A DNA stretch of 54,618 nucleotides, from the NCBI GenBank assembly GCA_001799195.1, contig MGSU01000066.1, positions 1 through 54,618 on the forward strand, given 5' to 3'. The notes under the pieces are model-generated. The model was not told where the DNA came from, did no database searches, and saw nothing but the letters and a program-made list of their open reading frames with translations. The stretch is from Deltaproteobacteria bacterium RIFOXYA12_FULL_61_11 (GTDB lineage Bacteria > Bdellovibrionota_F > JAHFAK01 > YA12-FULL-61-11). Positions 34,032 through 44,285 of this stretch are shown here, piece after piece. The position numbers and the translations under genes are program-made. Position 1 is the first letter of the stretch; every line of letters begins with the position of its first letter.

Positions 34032-34183
34032 GACCGATCCTCCCTGTTCAATAATATCTATCTTTACAATTTGTTATAATACGATCAGCCCGACCCAGAG
34101 GTAATCACTGCCGGCACCATTGTCAAGGCGAGATCCGAGTCGTGGTTTCAGCAGAGAGGGAGACTACGGGTCGACCGGCTATC

Positions 34184-35245
34184 TCAGCGCCCGGCCAGCT
34201 CTTCGTCGATCATCTCTTTGAACGCAGCGAAGGGCTGAGCGCCGGAGAGTTTCTTGCCATTGATGAAGAACGCTGGAGTGCCGCGTACCCCGACCTTCGA
34301 ACCGTCCTCGATGTCCCGGTCGATGAGGGCTCGATGCTTGCGTTCCTCGAAGCAGGGTTTGAACTGCGTCATGTCGAGACCGAGCTTCTCTGCGCGCGCC
34401 GAGAGATCGGTGTCCTCAAGGCTCTGCACATTCTCGAAGATGGAGTCGTGGAACTCCCAGAACTTGCCCTGGTCCTTGGCGCACAGGGCAGCCTCGGAGG
34501 CACGGCGGCCTTTGGGATGGAAGCCCAGGGGGAAGCTCTTGTAGACGAACTTGAGCTTCCCTTCATAGGCCTTCAAGACCTCATGCACCGTATCCTCGGA
34601 GCGCTTGCAGAACGGGCATTGGAAATCGGTGAAGGCAATGAAGGTGACCTTCGCATCCGCCGGTCCACGCACTGGATCCTCGGGGTATAGGGGAACCGTG
34701 TAGGCAGGTCGTAACGGCTTGGGCAGGAGGATCTCGACCTGGTGCTCCTTGCGCAGCTTTTCGATGAACTCGGCCCTCAGGTCGCCCTTGCGCATGGAAC
34801 CCAGGTACCGCTGGATGCGCTCCCGGGAGTCCTCGAAGGTCCCCTGGATCCGGTCTTTATTCTCATCGAAGAACTTGCGCAGCTCCGGCTCGGGTATCTC
34901 GCTGAATTTGTTCTCCACCTCGGCATCGAGCAGTTCCTTCTCGGTGATCTTCCGCTTCTCCGCCTCGAGCTTGAGCAAGCGTCCTTCGACCAACTCGTCG
35001 ACCTTGCGCTTCTTGATCTTGTAGATCTCGTCCTCGAGATCGAATACTTGGGCCTTGACCTCCTCCTCGATCTCGGAACGCAGGATCTTGGCGCCGTCAA
35101 TGGTCGCGACGGCATCGTCAGGCCCCGACACCATAGCCGGAGCAGCGGCCTGTTGCTTGGTTTGTTGGTTTTGGGGAGTGATTGGCTGACAGGCCAGGAC
35201 GAGCAGTCCCAGGGCCATGACTACGACCATGATCCTTGCTTTCAT
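34184..35245 (-). CDS. DsbA/thioredoxin-fold thiol:disulfide oxidoreductase lipoprotein with N-terminal helical chaperone-like region
   Basis: Lipobox 'LLVLAC'. Active site '[11 protein letters not shown]'. '[20 protein letters not shown]' resembles the DsbA cis-Pro loop region. Confidence 0.8.
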   Translation of the reverse strand: MKARIMVVVMALGLLVLACQPITPQNQQTKQQAAAPAMVSGPDDAVATIDGAKILRSEIEEEVKAQVFDLEDEIYKIKKRKVDELVEGRLLKLEAEKRKITEKELLDAEVENKFSEIPEPELRKFFDENKDRIQGTFEDSRERIQRYLGSMRKGDLRAEFIEKLRKEHQVEILLPKPLRPAYTVPLYPEDPVRGPADAKVTFIAFTDFQCPFCKRSEDTVHEVLKAYEGKLKFVYKSFPLGFHPKGRRASEAALCAKDQGKFWEFHDSIFENVQSLEDTDLSARAEKLGLDMTQFKPCFEERKHRALIDRDIEDGSKVGVRGTPAFFINGKKLSGAQPFAAFKEMIDEELAGR

Positions 35246-35397
35246 TGCTGCCTCGACGTTCGGGTTGCCACCACAATTCTGGTGTGGACCGTACCATAGC
35301 GAATGGCCACTCGCTGTTCAAATACTTTTTCATGCTTGCCCGAACCTGAGTACCCGTGCTCTACCTAAAAATCGAGACAACCACTCCAGAGTCCAGG

Positions 35398-36219
35398 ATG
35401 CAACCACTCCAGCAACTCCTCCTCGACCTGCAACTGATCGCTCGCACCGCGGGGGGACTCCTGCTCGACCATCATCAGGTCCGCGCTCCGCTCGAGGTCA
35501 CAACAAAGCGCACCGCAATGGACCTCGTCACCGAGCTGGATGTTCTCTGCGAGCGCCTCATCGCCGCGGAACTCGCAAAGCGATACCCCGGGGTACCCTA
35601 CGTGGGCGAAGAACTCAGCGCCGGAACGATTCCCGAAGGCCCCTGTTTCGTTGTCGACCCCCTGGACGGAACCACCAATTTCGTCCATGGACATCCATCT
35701 TTCTGTGTTTCCCTCGCCTATTGCGAACATGGCGTCCCCAAGGTCGGCGTGGTCTTCGCACCGGCCCTCGGAGAACTGTATGCAGCGGCCGAGGGGCTGG
35801 GCAGCGAGCTGAACGGTCGCCCCCTGCGGGTTTCAGCCTGTTCCTCCCTCTCCACCGCCCTGCTCGGTACCGGCTTCGCCTGCATTCGCAGCTACCCGAC
35901 GTATCGCGGCTCCCTCGATTTCCTGTCCACGCTGCTTGCCGGCACTCATGGTTTCCGACGCGCCGGAAGCGCTGCCCTAGATCTTTGCTTTGTCGCCGCA
36001 GGCCGCCTCGATTGCTTCTGGGAACAATGCCTCTCATCCTGGGACATCGCCGCGGGTACTCTCCTCGTGCGCGAGGCAGGCGGCCTCGTCAGCGACTTCC
36101 AAGGCTGCTCCGACCTCCTGCAGAGCAACACCATCGTGGCCGCCCCACCCTCTCTGCACGCGGAACTCCTCGCCCGGCTGGCCGGACTCGTGCTAGCGGA
36201 CGACAGCGTGAGGACTTGA
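35398..36219 (+). CDS. Inositol monophosphatase family protein (SuhB-like)
   Basis: '[15 protein letters not shown]' and '[16 protein letters not shown]'. The ATG at 35398 is preferred over the GTG at 35356. Confidence 0.85.
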   Translation: MQPLQQLLLDLQLIARTAGGLLLDHHQVRAPLEVTTKRTAMDLVTELDVLCERLIAAELAKRYPGVPYVGEELSAGTIPEGPCFVVDPLDGTTNFVHGHPSFCVSLAYCEHGVPKVGVVFAPALGELYAAAEGLGSELNGRPLRVSACSSLSTALLGTGFACIRSYPTYRGSLDFLSTLLAGTHGFRRAGSAALDLCFVAAGRLDCFWEQCLSSWDIAAGTLLVREAGGLVSDFQGCSDLLQSNTIVAAPPSLHAELLARLAGLVLADDSVRT

Positions 36220-36311
36220 CTGCCGAACCCCCCTTGGTACACTCCCTTGCTTCGCGTCGTCGCCTTCGCGACACGCACCCCTTTGACAGCCCCCCACGAG
36301 GAGGTGAGCCC

Positions 36312-36488
36312 ATGGCCGAGACCGTGCTCCGTTATGTTTGCATTCCCTGCGGTTACGTCTACGACCCCCTAACCGGGGATCCCGATGGAGGAATTGCCCC
36401 GGGCACGGCGTTCACCGACATCCCCGAGGACTGGGTTTGTCCGGTCTGTGGGGCTTCCAAGTCCGACTTCGAACCCCTGACCGAGTGA
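36312..36488 (+). CDS. Rubredoxin
   Basis: 58 aa with '[12 protein letters not shown]' and '[16 protein letters not shown]' (two CxxCG knuckles). GAGGAGGTGA Shine-Dalgarno upstream. It is embedded at the end of the artefactual 423-aa ORF 35217..36488. Confidence 0.9.
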   Translation: MAETVLRYVCIPCGYVYDPLTGDPDGGIAPGTAFTDIPEDWVCPVCGASKSDFEPLTE

Positions 36489-36502
36489 GTCACTCGACCT
36501 CG

Positions 36503-37630
36503 ATGCTACTTCTCCCTTGGATGGGACTTTACCTGCTCTGCCTCCTCTTCACCTTGCCGGCATGGAGCGAACCGATGATCCGGGTTGCCGTTGAGGAAGC
36601 GGCCTCGAAGGTCTCGGTCACGGGGCAGGAGATGAGCCTGACCTCTCGCGGGGGACAAGGCGATACCAAACCGAAGAGAACGCTACCCGGACGATCGGTG
36701 TTGCACTTCTCGGTCCAGGAGAAGCTCGTTCGATGGGAGGGAGGCGAAGCCGAGGAACTCACGCTCACCTCCGCAAAGGGAAAAACCCTCCAGGTGGGGG
36801 AAAAGCACTTTCCCGGTTTCCTCCAGCTCCGAGTTAACGACCGAAAGCTCGTGGTCATCAATCACCTTCCCCTCGAACGATACCTGGAAGGCGTCGTCAG
36901 TCACGAACTACCGACCTCGTGGCCCTTGGAAATACTCAAAGCCCAGGCCGTCCTCTCCCGCACCTTCGCGCTCCAGCGAATGCAACAAAACAAGCAACGT
37001 CCCTACGACCTCAAGGCCACGATCCTCGACCAAGTCTACGGCGGCCACACCACTGCCACCTCGGTACGGCAAGCCGTCGCCGATACCCAGGGCCTCGTGC
37101 TCGTCCACCGCGGTTCTCCGATCGAAGCCTTCTTCCATAGTTGTTGCGGCGGCAAGACCGAGTTGCCGCAGAATGTCTGGCGGAACGAACTCCCCTACTA
37201 TGCCTCGGTGACCTGTCCCTACTGCGCCGAAGCCCCAGATTTCTTTTGGGAATATCGGCTCTCCCGGACCGAACTCCTCTCCCGGCTCCGTCCCTCGTTC
37301 CCTGAATTGCGGCGGCTCTACGACCTCTCGATCGCAGAGCGCACCCCGGCCAATCGGAACCGCACCATCAAGGTCAAGGCACACTTCAAGCACCAACTCA
37401 TGATCCCCGGGGACCAATTCCGGGCCTTGCTCGGCTACTTCAACCTCAAAAGCACCTGGTTCAAGGTCTTCCACACCGAGGAAGAGATACAATTCCTCGG
37501 CAGCGGCTCGGGACACGGTGTGGGGTTATGCCAGTGGGGTGGCCGCGCAATGGCGGAGCTCGGTAAGGACTTCCGACAGATCCTGGCCTTCTACTTCCCC
37601 GGAGTGAGCGTCTCGGTCGTGGCTCGCTGA
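36503..37630 (+). CDS. SpoIID/LytB domain-containing protein
   Basis: Signal peptide 'MLLLPWMGLYLLCLLFTLPAWS'. 'LERYLEGVVSHELP', 'LKAQAVLSRTFAL', 'DQVYGG' and 'FHSCCGGKTE'. Confidence 0.85.
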   Translation: MLLLPWMGLYLLCLLFTLPAWSEPMIRVAVEEAASKVSVTGQEMSLTSRGGQGDTKPKRTLPGRSVLHFSVQEKLVRWEGGEAEELTLTSAKGKTLQVGEKHFPGFLQLRVNDRKLVVINHLPLERYLEGVVSHELPTSWPLEILKAQAVLSRTFALQRMQQNKQRPYDLKATILDQVYGGHTTATSVRQAVADTQGLVLVHRGSPIEAFFHSCCGGKTELPQNVWRNELPYYASVTCPYCAEAPDFFWEYRLSRTELLSRLRPSFPELRRLYDLSIAERTPANRNRTIKVKAHFKHQLMIPGDQFRALLGYFNLKSTWFKVFHTEEEIQFLGSGSGHGVGLCQWGGRAMAELGKDFRQILAFYFPGVSVSVVAR

Positions 37631-39756
37631 GCCTCCTCGGCTTTGACCGGCCGGGCAGGAGGTACCACCTCGCGAGGTGTACCATGCTCGACGGCAATCA
37701 GGACTTCGTGCTTCTTGCTGAGCGCCTTCCCGGCGAGAACACGGAAACCAGGGGCGAGCTTGGCAAGGTAGTCTTTGCTCCTCTCGGGAGCGAGCGACAA
37801 ACACATCGAGCGGCCCCAGGTATGGCAACTGGCCCCCTGGCCGATCGGGCGCAAGCGATAGAAGGTACCCTCGAGAGCAGCGCGCAAGGCCACGGCGAAG
37901 GACGCGTGGAACGAGCCGATTTGCTTGGCGAAAGCGACGAAATGTTCCAGACCCTTCTTCGCGCTGCTGCGGAATCGCTGTTCGCCGGTCAGGTCAGCCA
38001 GCCGGATCAGGGCCAGGATAGCCCGGGCTTCTGCCGAAGGTAACAGGGAATCGTGCATCGGGGTGCGGTCGATGGTACTCACCGCGAGCGAACGTTCGGC
38101 GAGTGGGGGTTGAGCATCCCGGAACCGTGTACCATCGAAGGCCCAGGCCAGGATCCCCTCGGCCAATCTCCGGGCACGTTGCAACCACAGGGGATCTCCG
38201 GTCACGGCAAGACGATCGAGGAAACAGTGCAACACCTCAGCCTGATCGTTGAGCCAAGTCACCTCGTCGAGGAGGACGAGCCGCTTGTCGGCACCGAGCA
38301 CCGCGGCATGCGTTACCCGCTTGCCATTCTCTACAAGAAACGTGGAGACGAGGCGCTCTGCCAAGTTCGCGGCAAGAGCCTCATCTTCCGGGGCTTGTGT
38401 TATCTGGGCCAGATCCCCGAAAGCGCTGCACGCCATTGCATTGTAAGCGGCAACGAAGAGCGGTTCCACTGAAGGTGCTTTTCTGGAAGCCCTGATCCTC
38501 CTGAGCGCGTCGAGCCCCGTGGAGAGAATCCGTTCGAACTCTTGCGGGGACTGCCCCTTCTGCACCGCGAACTCCATCCTCGAGACCTCGGAATACAGGA
38601 CATTGCCGGTGGGGTGCCCGAGTAAATCGCGAGGGTTTTCCCGGATCTGGAAAAAATCCTTGACGAGTCTTGCTGCTTGCAGCGGGATCTCGGTCTCGAT
38701 CTCCTGCCGGGTGAAGGTGTAGTACCAACCTGGACGCTGCGGCTCATCACCAGCGGCCTGACTCGTTGCAAAGAGACCACAAGGATGCAGCAACGTGCGC
38801 CGCAGGTAGGAGGCGATTTCCTCCGCGGTGTTCCGGAAATCGGCTCGCCCGGTGGAACGATGGGCCTGGAGGTATACGCGGAGGAGTTCAGCGTTGCTCA
38901 CGAGCAATTTTTCGAAATGCGGCACATACCATTTGGGATCTGCGCCGAAACGATGGAAACCGCCTTCGACATGGTCGCGAATACCCCCTCGTTGCATGGA
39001 ACCGAGAGCCTTCTCGACCATAGTCAAGGCCCCGATGTCACCGGTTCTCTCCCAGCGGGCCATCAAATAGGCCAAGGCTTCGGTATTGGGTGCTTTGGGT
39101 CCACTTGCCAGTCCGAACCCGCCGCTGCGTTCGTCGAAATCCCGTTGCATCCTGCGAAAAACGATTTCATCCAAACGCAAATCGAAGGGCAGGACGAAGC
39201 GTTTGCCTTTGTTCGAGTACAGGAGCGCTTCCTCGTGCCAATGTTCTCGGGTCTTGCGAACCTCCTGAGCGTTGCTCGAGTATTGTTGGATCGCATCGTC
39301 GAGTACATCCTCGAAGGAGGGTTGCATGACATGCCCCTTGAGCGGCAGATAGGTTGCGCCCCAGAAGGCCTTGCTATCATGGTCGACCATGACAGTGAGC
39401 GGCCAACCGCTCACCTCTTCCATTGCGCCGATCACGGTCTGGTAACGGTAATCGAGATCGGGACGTAGTTCGCGGTCGAGCTTGATCGGAAGGAAATGCT
39501 GATTGACCTTGCGAGCCACGGCTTCGTTGCGGAAGACATCTCGATCCATCAATCCACAGGAACTGCACCACGCTGCGCCGATATACAGGAGGATGGGTTT
39601 GTGTTCTTTGGCGGCCCGCTCGAAGGTCGCCTTGCCCCAGGGTTGCCACTGGACTAATTCGCCCTCGGCAGTAGTGAGGTAAGGACTGGTCTGGGCCGAG
39701 AGCAGCCCCCCCTGCGCGCCCCAGAGCAAGAGCAGGATCAAGCAGGTCCCTCTCAT
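37591..39756 (-). CDS. Thioredoxin-domain (DUF255) / six-hairpin glycosidase-like protein (YyaL family)
   Basis: 'WQPWGKATFERAAKEHKPILLYIGAAWCSSCGLMDRDVF' at the N-terminus, followed by a long alpha/alpha-toroid-like region. 721 aa. 40-nt convergent overlap with spoIID. Confidence 0.85.
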   Translation of the reverse strand: MRGTCLILLLLWGAQGGLLSAQTSPYLTTAEGELVQWQPWGKATFERAAKEHKPILLYIGAAWCSSCGLMDRDVFRNEAVARKVNQHFLPIKLDRELRPDLDYRYQTVIGAMEEVSGWPLTVMVDHDSKAFWGATYLPLKGHVMQPSFEDVLDDAIQQYSSNAQEVRKTREHWHEEALLYSNKGKRFVLPFDLRLDEIVFRRMQRDFDERSGGFGLASGPKAPNTEALAYLMARWERTGDIGALTMVEKALGSMQRGGIRDHVEGGFHRFGADPKWYVPHFEKLLVSNAELLRVYLQAHRSTGRADFRNTAEEIASYLRRTLLHPCGLFATSQAAGDEPQRPGWYYTFTRQEIETEIPLQAARLVKDFFQIRENPRDLLGHPTGNVLYSEVSRMEFAVQKGQSPQEFERILSTGLDALRRIRASRKAPSVEPLFVAAYNAMACSAFGDLAQITQAPEDEALAANLAERLVSTFLVENGKRVTHAAVLGADKRLVLLDEVTWLNDQAEVLHCFLDRLAVTGDPLWLQRARRLAEGILAWAFDGTRFRDAQPPLAERSLAVSTIDRTPMHDSLLPSAEARAILALIRLADLTGEQRFRSSAKKGLEHFVAFAKQIGSFHASFAVALRAALEGTFYRLRPIGQGASCHTWGRSMCLSLAPERSKDYLAKLAPGFRVLAGKALSKKHEVLIAVEHGTPREVVPPARPVKAEEAQRATTETLTPGK

Positions 39757-40595
39757 GGAGTCACCTCGCTATGCAGGACTTCGTTGAGGGTGACTTTTGC
39801 ATCAGTGGAGGCGTCCCGATATTTCACGATGACCGCGATGCTCAGCGCTACCCCTTGCCCCCGCGGCCCAACAGCGGTGAGCGGACGGGTGCCCGGAACC
39901 AGGACAGCTCCCTCGGGGATCTCCAGGGGGTGACCTTCTGTCCTTTCCAACCAGCGATCGCGGACAGCGTCGTAGACCTTGGTCGAACCGTTGAGGATGG
40001 TGCCGGACGACAGCACTGCCCGGCGTCTCACAAGTACGCCTTCATAGATGCCGCACTGACCACCGATCAGGACCTCGTCCTCGATGATGACCGGCCTGCT
40101 CCCCACGGGCTCCAACACTCCGCCGAGGATCACCCCCGCACTGACGTGGACCTTGTGACCAACCTGTGCGCATGATCCGAGCAGCGCGTGGGAGTCCAGC
40201 ATGCTGCCATCCCCGAGATACGAGCCGATATTCATATAAGAAGGAGGCATCAGTACGACGTTGTTGCCCACGAAGGCCCCGGCTCGTACCGTACTCCCCC
40301 CTGGAACGACTCGGACGTTCCCGCAGCTCTGATCGAGCAGTCGCGGCGCCAGACTAGCCTTATCTCGAGCTCCTCGGGAAAAACCTGCCAGGCGATCCGT
40401 CTTGAAGATCAGCAGGATACCCTGTTGAACCCAGGTGTTGACCCTCCACCCCCCCTGTCCGTCGGGTTCGGCTGCTCGCACGCGACCAGCCTCCAGCGCT
40501 GCCAAAAAGATGCTTTTGAAACGCACCAGCTCGGGCTCATCCGACCGAACACCTTGCTCGAATTGTGCAACAAGTCGCCCTATCGTCTCTTTCAC
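39753..40595 (-). CDS. dapD: 2,3,4,5-tetrahydropyridine-2,6-dicarboxylate N-succinyltransferase
   Basis: 'RVVPGGSTVRAGAFVGNNVVLMPPSYMNIGSYLGDGSMLDSHALLGSCAQVGHKVHVSAGVILGGVLEP' is co-linear with E. coli DapD hexapeptide repeats. GTG start at 40595. Confidence 0.9.
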   Translation of the reverse strand: MKETIGRLVAQFEQGVRSDEPELVRFKSIFLAALEAGRVRAAEPDGQGGWRVNTWVQQGILLIFKTDRLAGFSRGARDKASLAPRLLDQSCGNVRVVPGGSTVRAGAFVGNNVVLMPPSYMNIGSYLGDGSMLDSHALLGSCAQVGHKVHVSAGVILGGVLEPVGSRPVIIEDEVLIGGQCGIYEGVLVRRRAVLSSGTILNGSTKVYDAVRDRWLERTEGHPLEIPEGAVLVPGTRPLTAVGPRGQGVALSIAVIVKYRDASTDAKVTLNEVLHSEVTP

Positions 40596-40838
40596 GTCAG
40601 CCTCATCCCTCCCCGGTTCATTCGAGCAGGTACCAAATTCTCACCTCGCGGGCAAACTCAATCCTGGGTTTTCCGTAAGAGGATCGGAAAGGATCCCCCA
40701 GGATCTCGTTTTCGGATTGCCGATTGCACTTGCATTGTCTTCACATTGGGATAGCATTTCTGGTCCGAGGCAACGCGGCACCCTACTCGAAGGCCGACTG
40801 TCCTCATCGAACGCTTTCGTCCTGCGGAGGAGACCTTC

Positions 40839-41648
40839 ATGGCCCGACGCCACCCCGTGCCCCCATCGAACGAACCAACCGGGACCCTCGCCACGAAAAC
40901 CCTCCTGCAGCGCCTGCTCAATCGGGCCGACGAGGCCCGTTCTCTGGCCATTATCGTGGTGGTCATTCTGATCATCCGCTCCAGCTTCGCTGCGCCGTAT
41001 AGGATTCCCTCTGGCTCCATGATCCCCTCCCTCGAGGTCGGAGATCATATCTTCGTCTCCAAACTATCCTTCGCCCTCAAGCTCCCCATACCCTTCACCA
41101 ACCTCAACCTGCTCGAATGGGACACTCCTCGGCGCGGACAAATCATCGTCTTCGAGTACCCCGAGGATCCCTCCTTGGATTTCATCAAACGGGTGGTCGG
41201 GGTTCCGGGGGATACACTCCGCTTGCAGGATAAACGTTTGTACATCAATGACCAAGAGGTCCAGCGCACCCCTGTTGAGGTCGGGGATCGGACCAACCGC
41301 TTCGGCGGCAGCCTCGAGATCGGGGTCGAACGTCTCGGAGAAGTTTCGCACCTTGTGCAGTTCTATCCTCAGGTACCGGCCGACGATTTCGACGTCTCGA
41401 TCTTCGTGCGTGAACTCAAAGCCCAGGGAAAAATTGCAAAGGACGATCCGGACGACCGTATCCCACAAGGGTACTACTTCGTCATGGGGGATAATCGCGA
41501 TGACAGCCGCGACAGCCGTTGGTGGGGCTTCGTGCCATTCGAGAACATCCGCGGCCTGGCCAAGATCGTCTGGCTCTCGGTCGACACAGAGAACACCAAC
41601 CCCTTGCGTTGGGTCCGCTTCGATCGTCTCTTCCTCCTCATCGACTGA
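40839..41648 (+). CDS. lepB: Signal peptidase I
   Basis: 'IPSGSMIPSL' (catalytic Ser box), 'FIKRVVGVPGDTL' (Lys box) and 'GDNRDDSRDSRWWGFV'. Confidence 0.9.
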   Translation: MARRHPVPPSNEPTGTLATKTLLQRLLNRADEARSLAIIVVVILIIRSSFAAPYRIPSGSMIPSLEVGDHIFVSKLSFALKLPIPFTNLNLLEWDTPRRGQIIVFEYPEDPSLDFIKRVVGVPGDTLRLQDKRLYINDQEVQRTPVEVGDRTNRFGGSLEIGVERLGEVSHLVQFYPQVPADDFDVSIFVRELKAQGKIAKDDPDDRIPQGYYFVMGDNRDDSRDSRWWGFVPFENIRGLAKIVWLSVDTENTNPLRWVRFDRLFLLID

Positions 41649-42381
41649 CCCTGCGCCGTAGCAGTTCCACTATCAGGCGACTTGCGAACCGTGGGTTGTC
41701 CACGAGGTAACGCGGTCCGAGTGCGAACGGTCGGTCAAGCAGGCGCAAGGCCCACTCCCCACCATACGCCGAGATCCTGCGCGAAGGCATGGTTGCGGCA
41801 CCACCAAAATAATCAAGCAAGCCGCCGACACTCCAGAGCACCGTGGTCGGGAGGAGGGATTTGAGCCGCGAACACAGGAGTTCCTGCCGCGGTGTGCCCA
41901 GGCCGCAAAGCAGTAACCGGAGTTCGAGCTTGGTAGCTTTTTCAGCAAGTGAAGCCTCATCGACAGCATCGGAATAGCCATCGGCAAGGTACTGCAACGC
42001 GAGTCCCGGGTAGAGCCGCCTCAACCGTTCGATCCCGGCTGCACTGACTTCGCGCTTTCCCCCGATAAAACCCAGGCCAAGACCTGCTGCGCAGAGCTCT
42101 GCCAGGAAGGCGGGCAGGAAGTCGAGCGCCGTGGAGCGTTCCACGGGAACCCCATACAGCGCGGTAGCTGCCAGCTTGACCCCGAAACCATCACAGTAGA
42201 TCAGGTCAGTACCATGGAGGGCGTCGCGAAGACGTGAGTTCTGCAACGCCTGCTCGACGACATGGACATTGAGATAGCCGACGGTGAGACCTCGGTTGCC
42301 GCGCACGGCCTCGCGCACGCGCTCGAGGGTCGCGGCGAGGGGTTGGACGTCGAGGGGCAGACCGAACAGGGTACAGCGCAT
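41638..42381 (-). CDS. WecB/TagA/CpsF-family glycosyltransferase
   Basis: 247 aa with 'LFGLPLDVQPLAATLERV', 'GYLNVHVVEQA' and 'IYCDGFGVKLA...GFIGG...LLLCGLGTPRQE'. Confidence 0.8.
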   Translation of the reverse strand: MRCTLFGLPLDVQPLAATLERVREAVRGNRGLTVGYLNVHVVEQALQNSRLRDALHGTDLIYCDGFGVKLAATALYGVPVERSTALDFLPAFLAELCAAGLGLGFIGGKREVSAAGIERLRRLYPGLALQYLADGYSDAVDEASLAEKATKLELRLLLCGLGTPRQELLCSRLKSLLPTTVLWSVGGLLDYFGGAATMPSRRISAYGGEWALRLLDRPFALGPRYLVDNPRFASRLIVELLRRRVSR

Positions 42382-42390
42382 GGTCGCGGC

Positions 42391-43287
42391 TCAGAGGTCA
42401 AAGTCCTTCTCGCTGAAGGTACGGCCGGTCTCGACCTTTTCATAGTGATAATTGTTGAACAGCCGGCCCTGGTGGTCATAGATTTCTTGCCCCACCAACC
42501 ACCCATGCTCCTGGTCGAGGAAGACGTAGAGCCACGAACCGTAGCCCTCGGGCACAAAAACCGTGGTCCCGGGAGTAAGATCGGCGTAGTCGTCCACACC
42601 GTCATTGACGTTGAGCAGCACGTTGATGCTCGTGCCGAGCTTCTGTTCCAGTTCCAGATAGGTATCACCTTTCTGGAGGGTATAACGCCTGCCCTTGCCC
42701 GAGGTTGCATATACCAACTTGATACGCCACAGCTTGCGACCGTACTTGACCACTTCTTCCGGTTCGCCCATGTCCCCGGTGCGAGCTTCGTAGGCGGGCG
42801 TGAAGAAGCGGTGAAAGGTGTCGGCGAACTGCTGCAATCCCAATTTGTGAACGGAGTGGTGGTTGTTGGCCAAGGCGCGGCTGTCGAAGGGATCGAGCTC
42901 GAGGGCGAAGGGCATGACCGCGAGCTTGGCCCTGAGCGTGCCCTTCTTGAGATCGAAGACGAATTGTTTTCCGGACCAGCCCGAGGACTTGCCCGCGAGC
43001 TTGCCCAGCCGCGCGGAGTACGAGAGGGCGATGCTCTCTGCCGAGAACTCCTTGCCGCGATAGTACTCCCGTTTGTTGAACACGGCGCTGTAGTCGCCCA
43101 CCCCTCGGGCAGCGTCCTTGGTCTTGAGGACCAGGGCCAGACTTCGTTCGGAGAAGGTCCCTGGGCGGGAAGTCGTCGGTTGGGTTTGCGCTGGAGGAGG
43201 AGCCGCGGGCTGTTGGGCCTCGGTTGACCCGAGGATGACAAGCAACCACGGAACGGCTATGAGGAGGAGACGGAACGTGGTACGCAT
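42391..43287 (-). CDS. Secreted hypothetical protein with LysM-like segment
   Basis: Signal peptide 'MRTTFRLLLIAVPWLLVILGSTEAQ'. 'YTLQKGDTYLELEQKLGTSINVLLNVNDG...LTPGTTVFVP' is LysM-like. ATG at 43287; the ORF-track upstream extension is discounted. Confidence 0.55.
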   Translation of the reverse strand: MRTTFRLLLIAVPWLLVILGSTEAQQPAAPPPAQTQPTTSRPGTFSERSLALVLKTKDAARGVGDYSAVFNKREYYRGKEFSAESIALSYSARLGKLAGKSSGWSGKQFVFDLKKGTLRAKLAVMPFALELDPFDSRALANNHHSVHKLGLQQFADTFHRFFTPAYEARTGDMGEPEEVVKYGRKLWRIKLVYATSGKGRRYTLQKGDTYLELEQKLGTSINVLLNVNDGVDDYADLTPGTTVFVPEGYGSWLYVFLDQEHGWLVGQEIYDHQGRLFNNYHYEKVETGRTFSEKDFDL

Positions 43288-44269
43288 GACTACCCTCGAG
43301 GGAATGGTGACCATGGAAGAGGAGTTCGAACCCGACGTCCCCTCCCCGGACCAGCTCTCGGCAGAACTTGCGACCCTCGATCCGCTGGCCGTCCTTCCCC
43401 GGCCGCGGGGCTTCTCGGCCGACGGCGCGCACCTGTGCCTCGCCGACGCGGACGGGATCGAGACAGAGCTGTCCAGGGCCTCGCTTCTGACACATCGGCG
43501 CCGGAAATGCATCAAAAAAATCGCCCTCGACCCCGGCCATATCGGCGGCGCCCATGCTCGATCGGAAGACCGTTCATGGTCATGGAGCGGACAAGAGATC
43601 CGAGAAGGAGATCTCAACCTGCGCGTAGCCCTCCACCTCGAGCGCCGGCTTCTGGACTTGGGCTTCGAGGTCCTCTTGACCAGGCGCTCGGCAGAGCCGC
43701 TCTTCACCGCACCGCCCCAGGACCTCGCGACCAGAGAACTCGAGGCCCGGGCCGGGCTTCTCGAGGCCTTCCGTCCCGACCTGACCCTGTCCTTGCACCA
43801 CAACGCCACAGACCTGTGCCCCTGGATCGAGAAGAGCCTGGGAATAATGGTGTTTCTCTTCGGTCACCCCCTGCCCGAAGAAGTGCCCCTGCAGCGCGAA
43901 GAGCTGTTACACCGGATGCTCGACGGCAGCCACGCACGCGCCCTCCCCCTCGGCCGTACCGTGGTAGCGACGCTCTGTCGCCGGCTCGGCCTGCCTCCTT
44001 GCACAGACCATCTCCACCGTTTCACGGCCGCCACTGGCCGCCGGTTCTCTGCCTTGGAACCCGGCATCTTCCTGCGCAACCTCTCTGTATTGCGCCACGC
44101 GCCCGGTCCGGCGTTGCTCGTCGAAGGCCCGACCATGAACCACTGCGCCGAGGCCGCGGCGCTCGCCGAGGCTTGTGCCCGTCCGTTGGAGGATCCACAC
44201 CCGCGTATTGTGCAGTATGCCGAGGGTCTCTACGAAGCGCTCGCGCCCCTCTCAGATACTCCGGCCTGA
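43286..44269 (+). CDS. N-acetylmuramoyl-L-alanine amidase (Amidase_3 family); start uncertain
   Basis: 'KIALDPGHIGG', 'LNLRVALHLERRLLDLGFEVLLTRR' and 'DLTLSLHHNA'. In-frame ATGs occur at 43286, 43304 and 43313. Confidence 0.8.
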   Translation: MTTLEGMVTMEEEFEPDVPSPDQLSAELATLDPLAVLPRPRGFSADGAHLCLADADGIETELSRASLLTHRRRKCIKKIALDPGHIGGAHARSEDRSWSWSGQEIREGDLNLRVALHLERRLLDLGFEVLLTRRSAEPLFTAPPQDLATRELEARAGLLEAFRPDLTLSLHHNATDLCPWIEKSLGIMVFLFGHPLPEEVPLQREELLHRMLDGSHARALPLGRTVVATLCRRLGLPPCTDHLHRFTAATGRRFSALEPGIFLRNLSVLRHAPGPALLVEGPTMNHCAEAAALAEACARPLEDPHPRIVQYAEGLYEALAPLSDTPA

Positions 44270-44285
44270 GTATTCTCCCGAGGTC

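Noticed and set aside
34032-34183. Heat-shock regulatory elements upstream of dnaK (CIRCE inverted repeat, sigma32 promoter), and the AT-rich tract 34050-34090.
   Set aside because: No TTAGCACTC-N9-GAGTGCTAA-like repeat is present. A TTGACA hexamer (about 34120) has no -10 partner at 16-19 nt, and no CCCCAT-type sigma32 -10 is visible. The AT-rich leader is noted, but I cannot assign a function to it.
35217-36311. 423-aa ORF 35217..36488 spanning the IMPase gene region.
   Set aside because: Only the last 58 codons (rubredoxin, 36312..36488, with its own Shine-Dalgarno) look real. The rest is an Arg/Pro-rich alternative frame of the IMPase gene.
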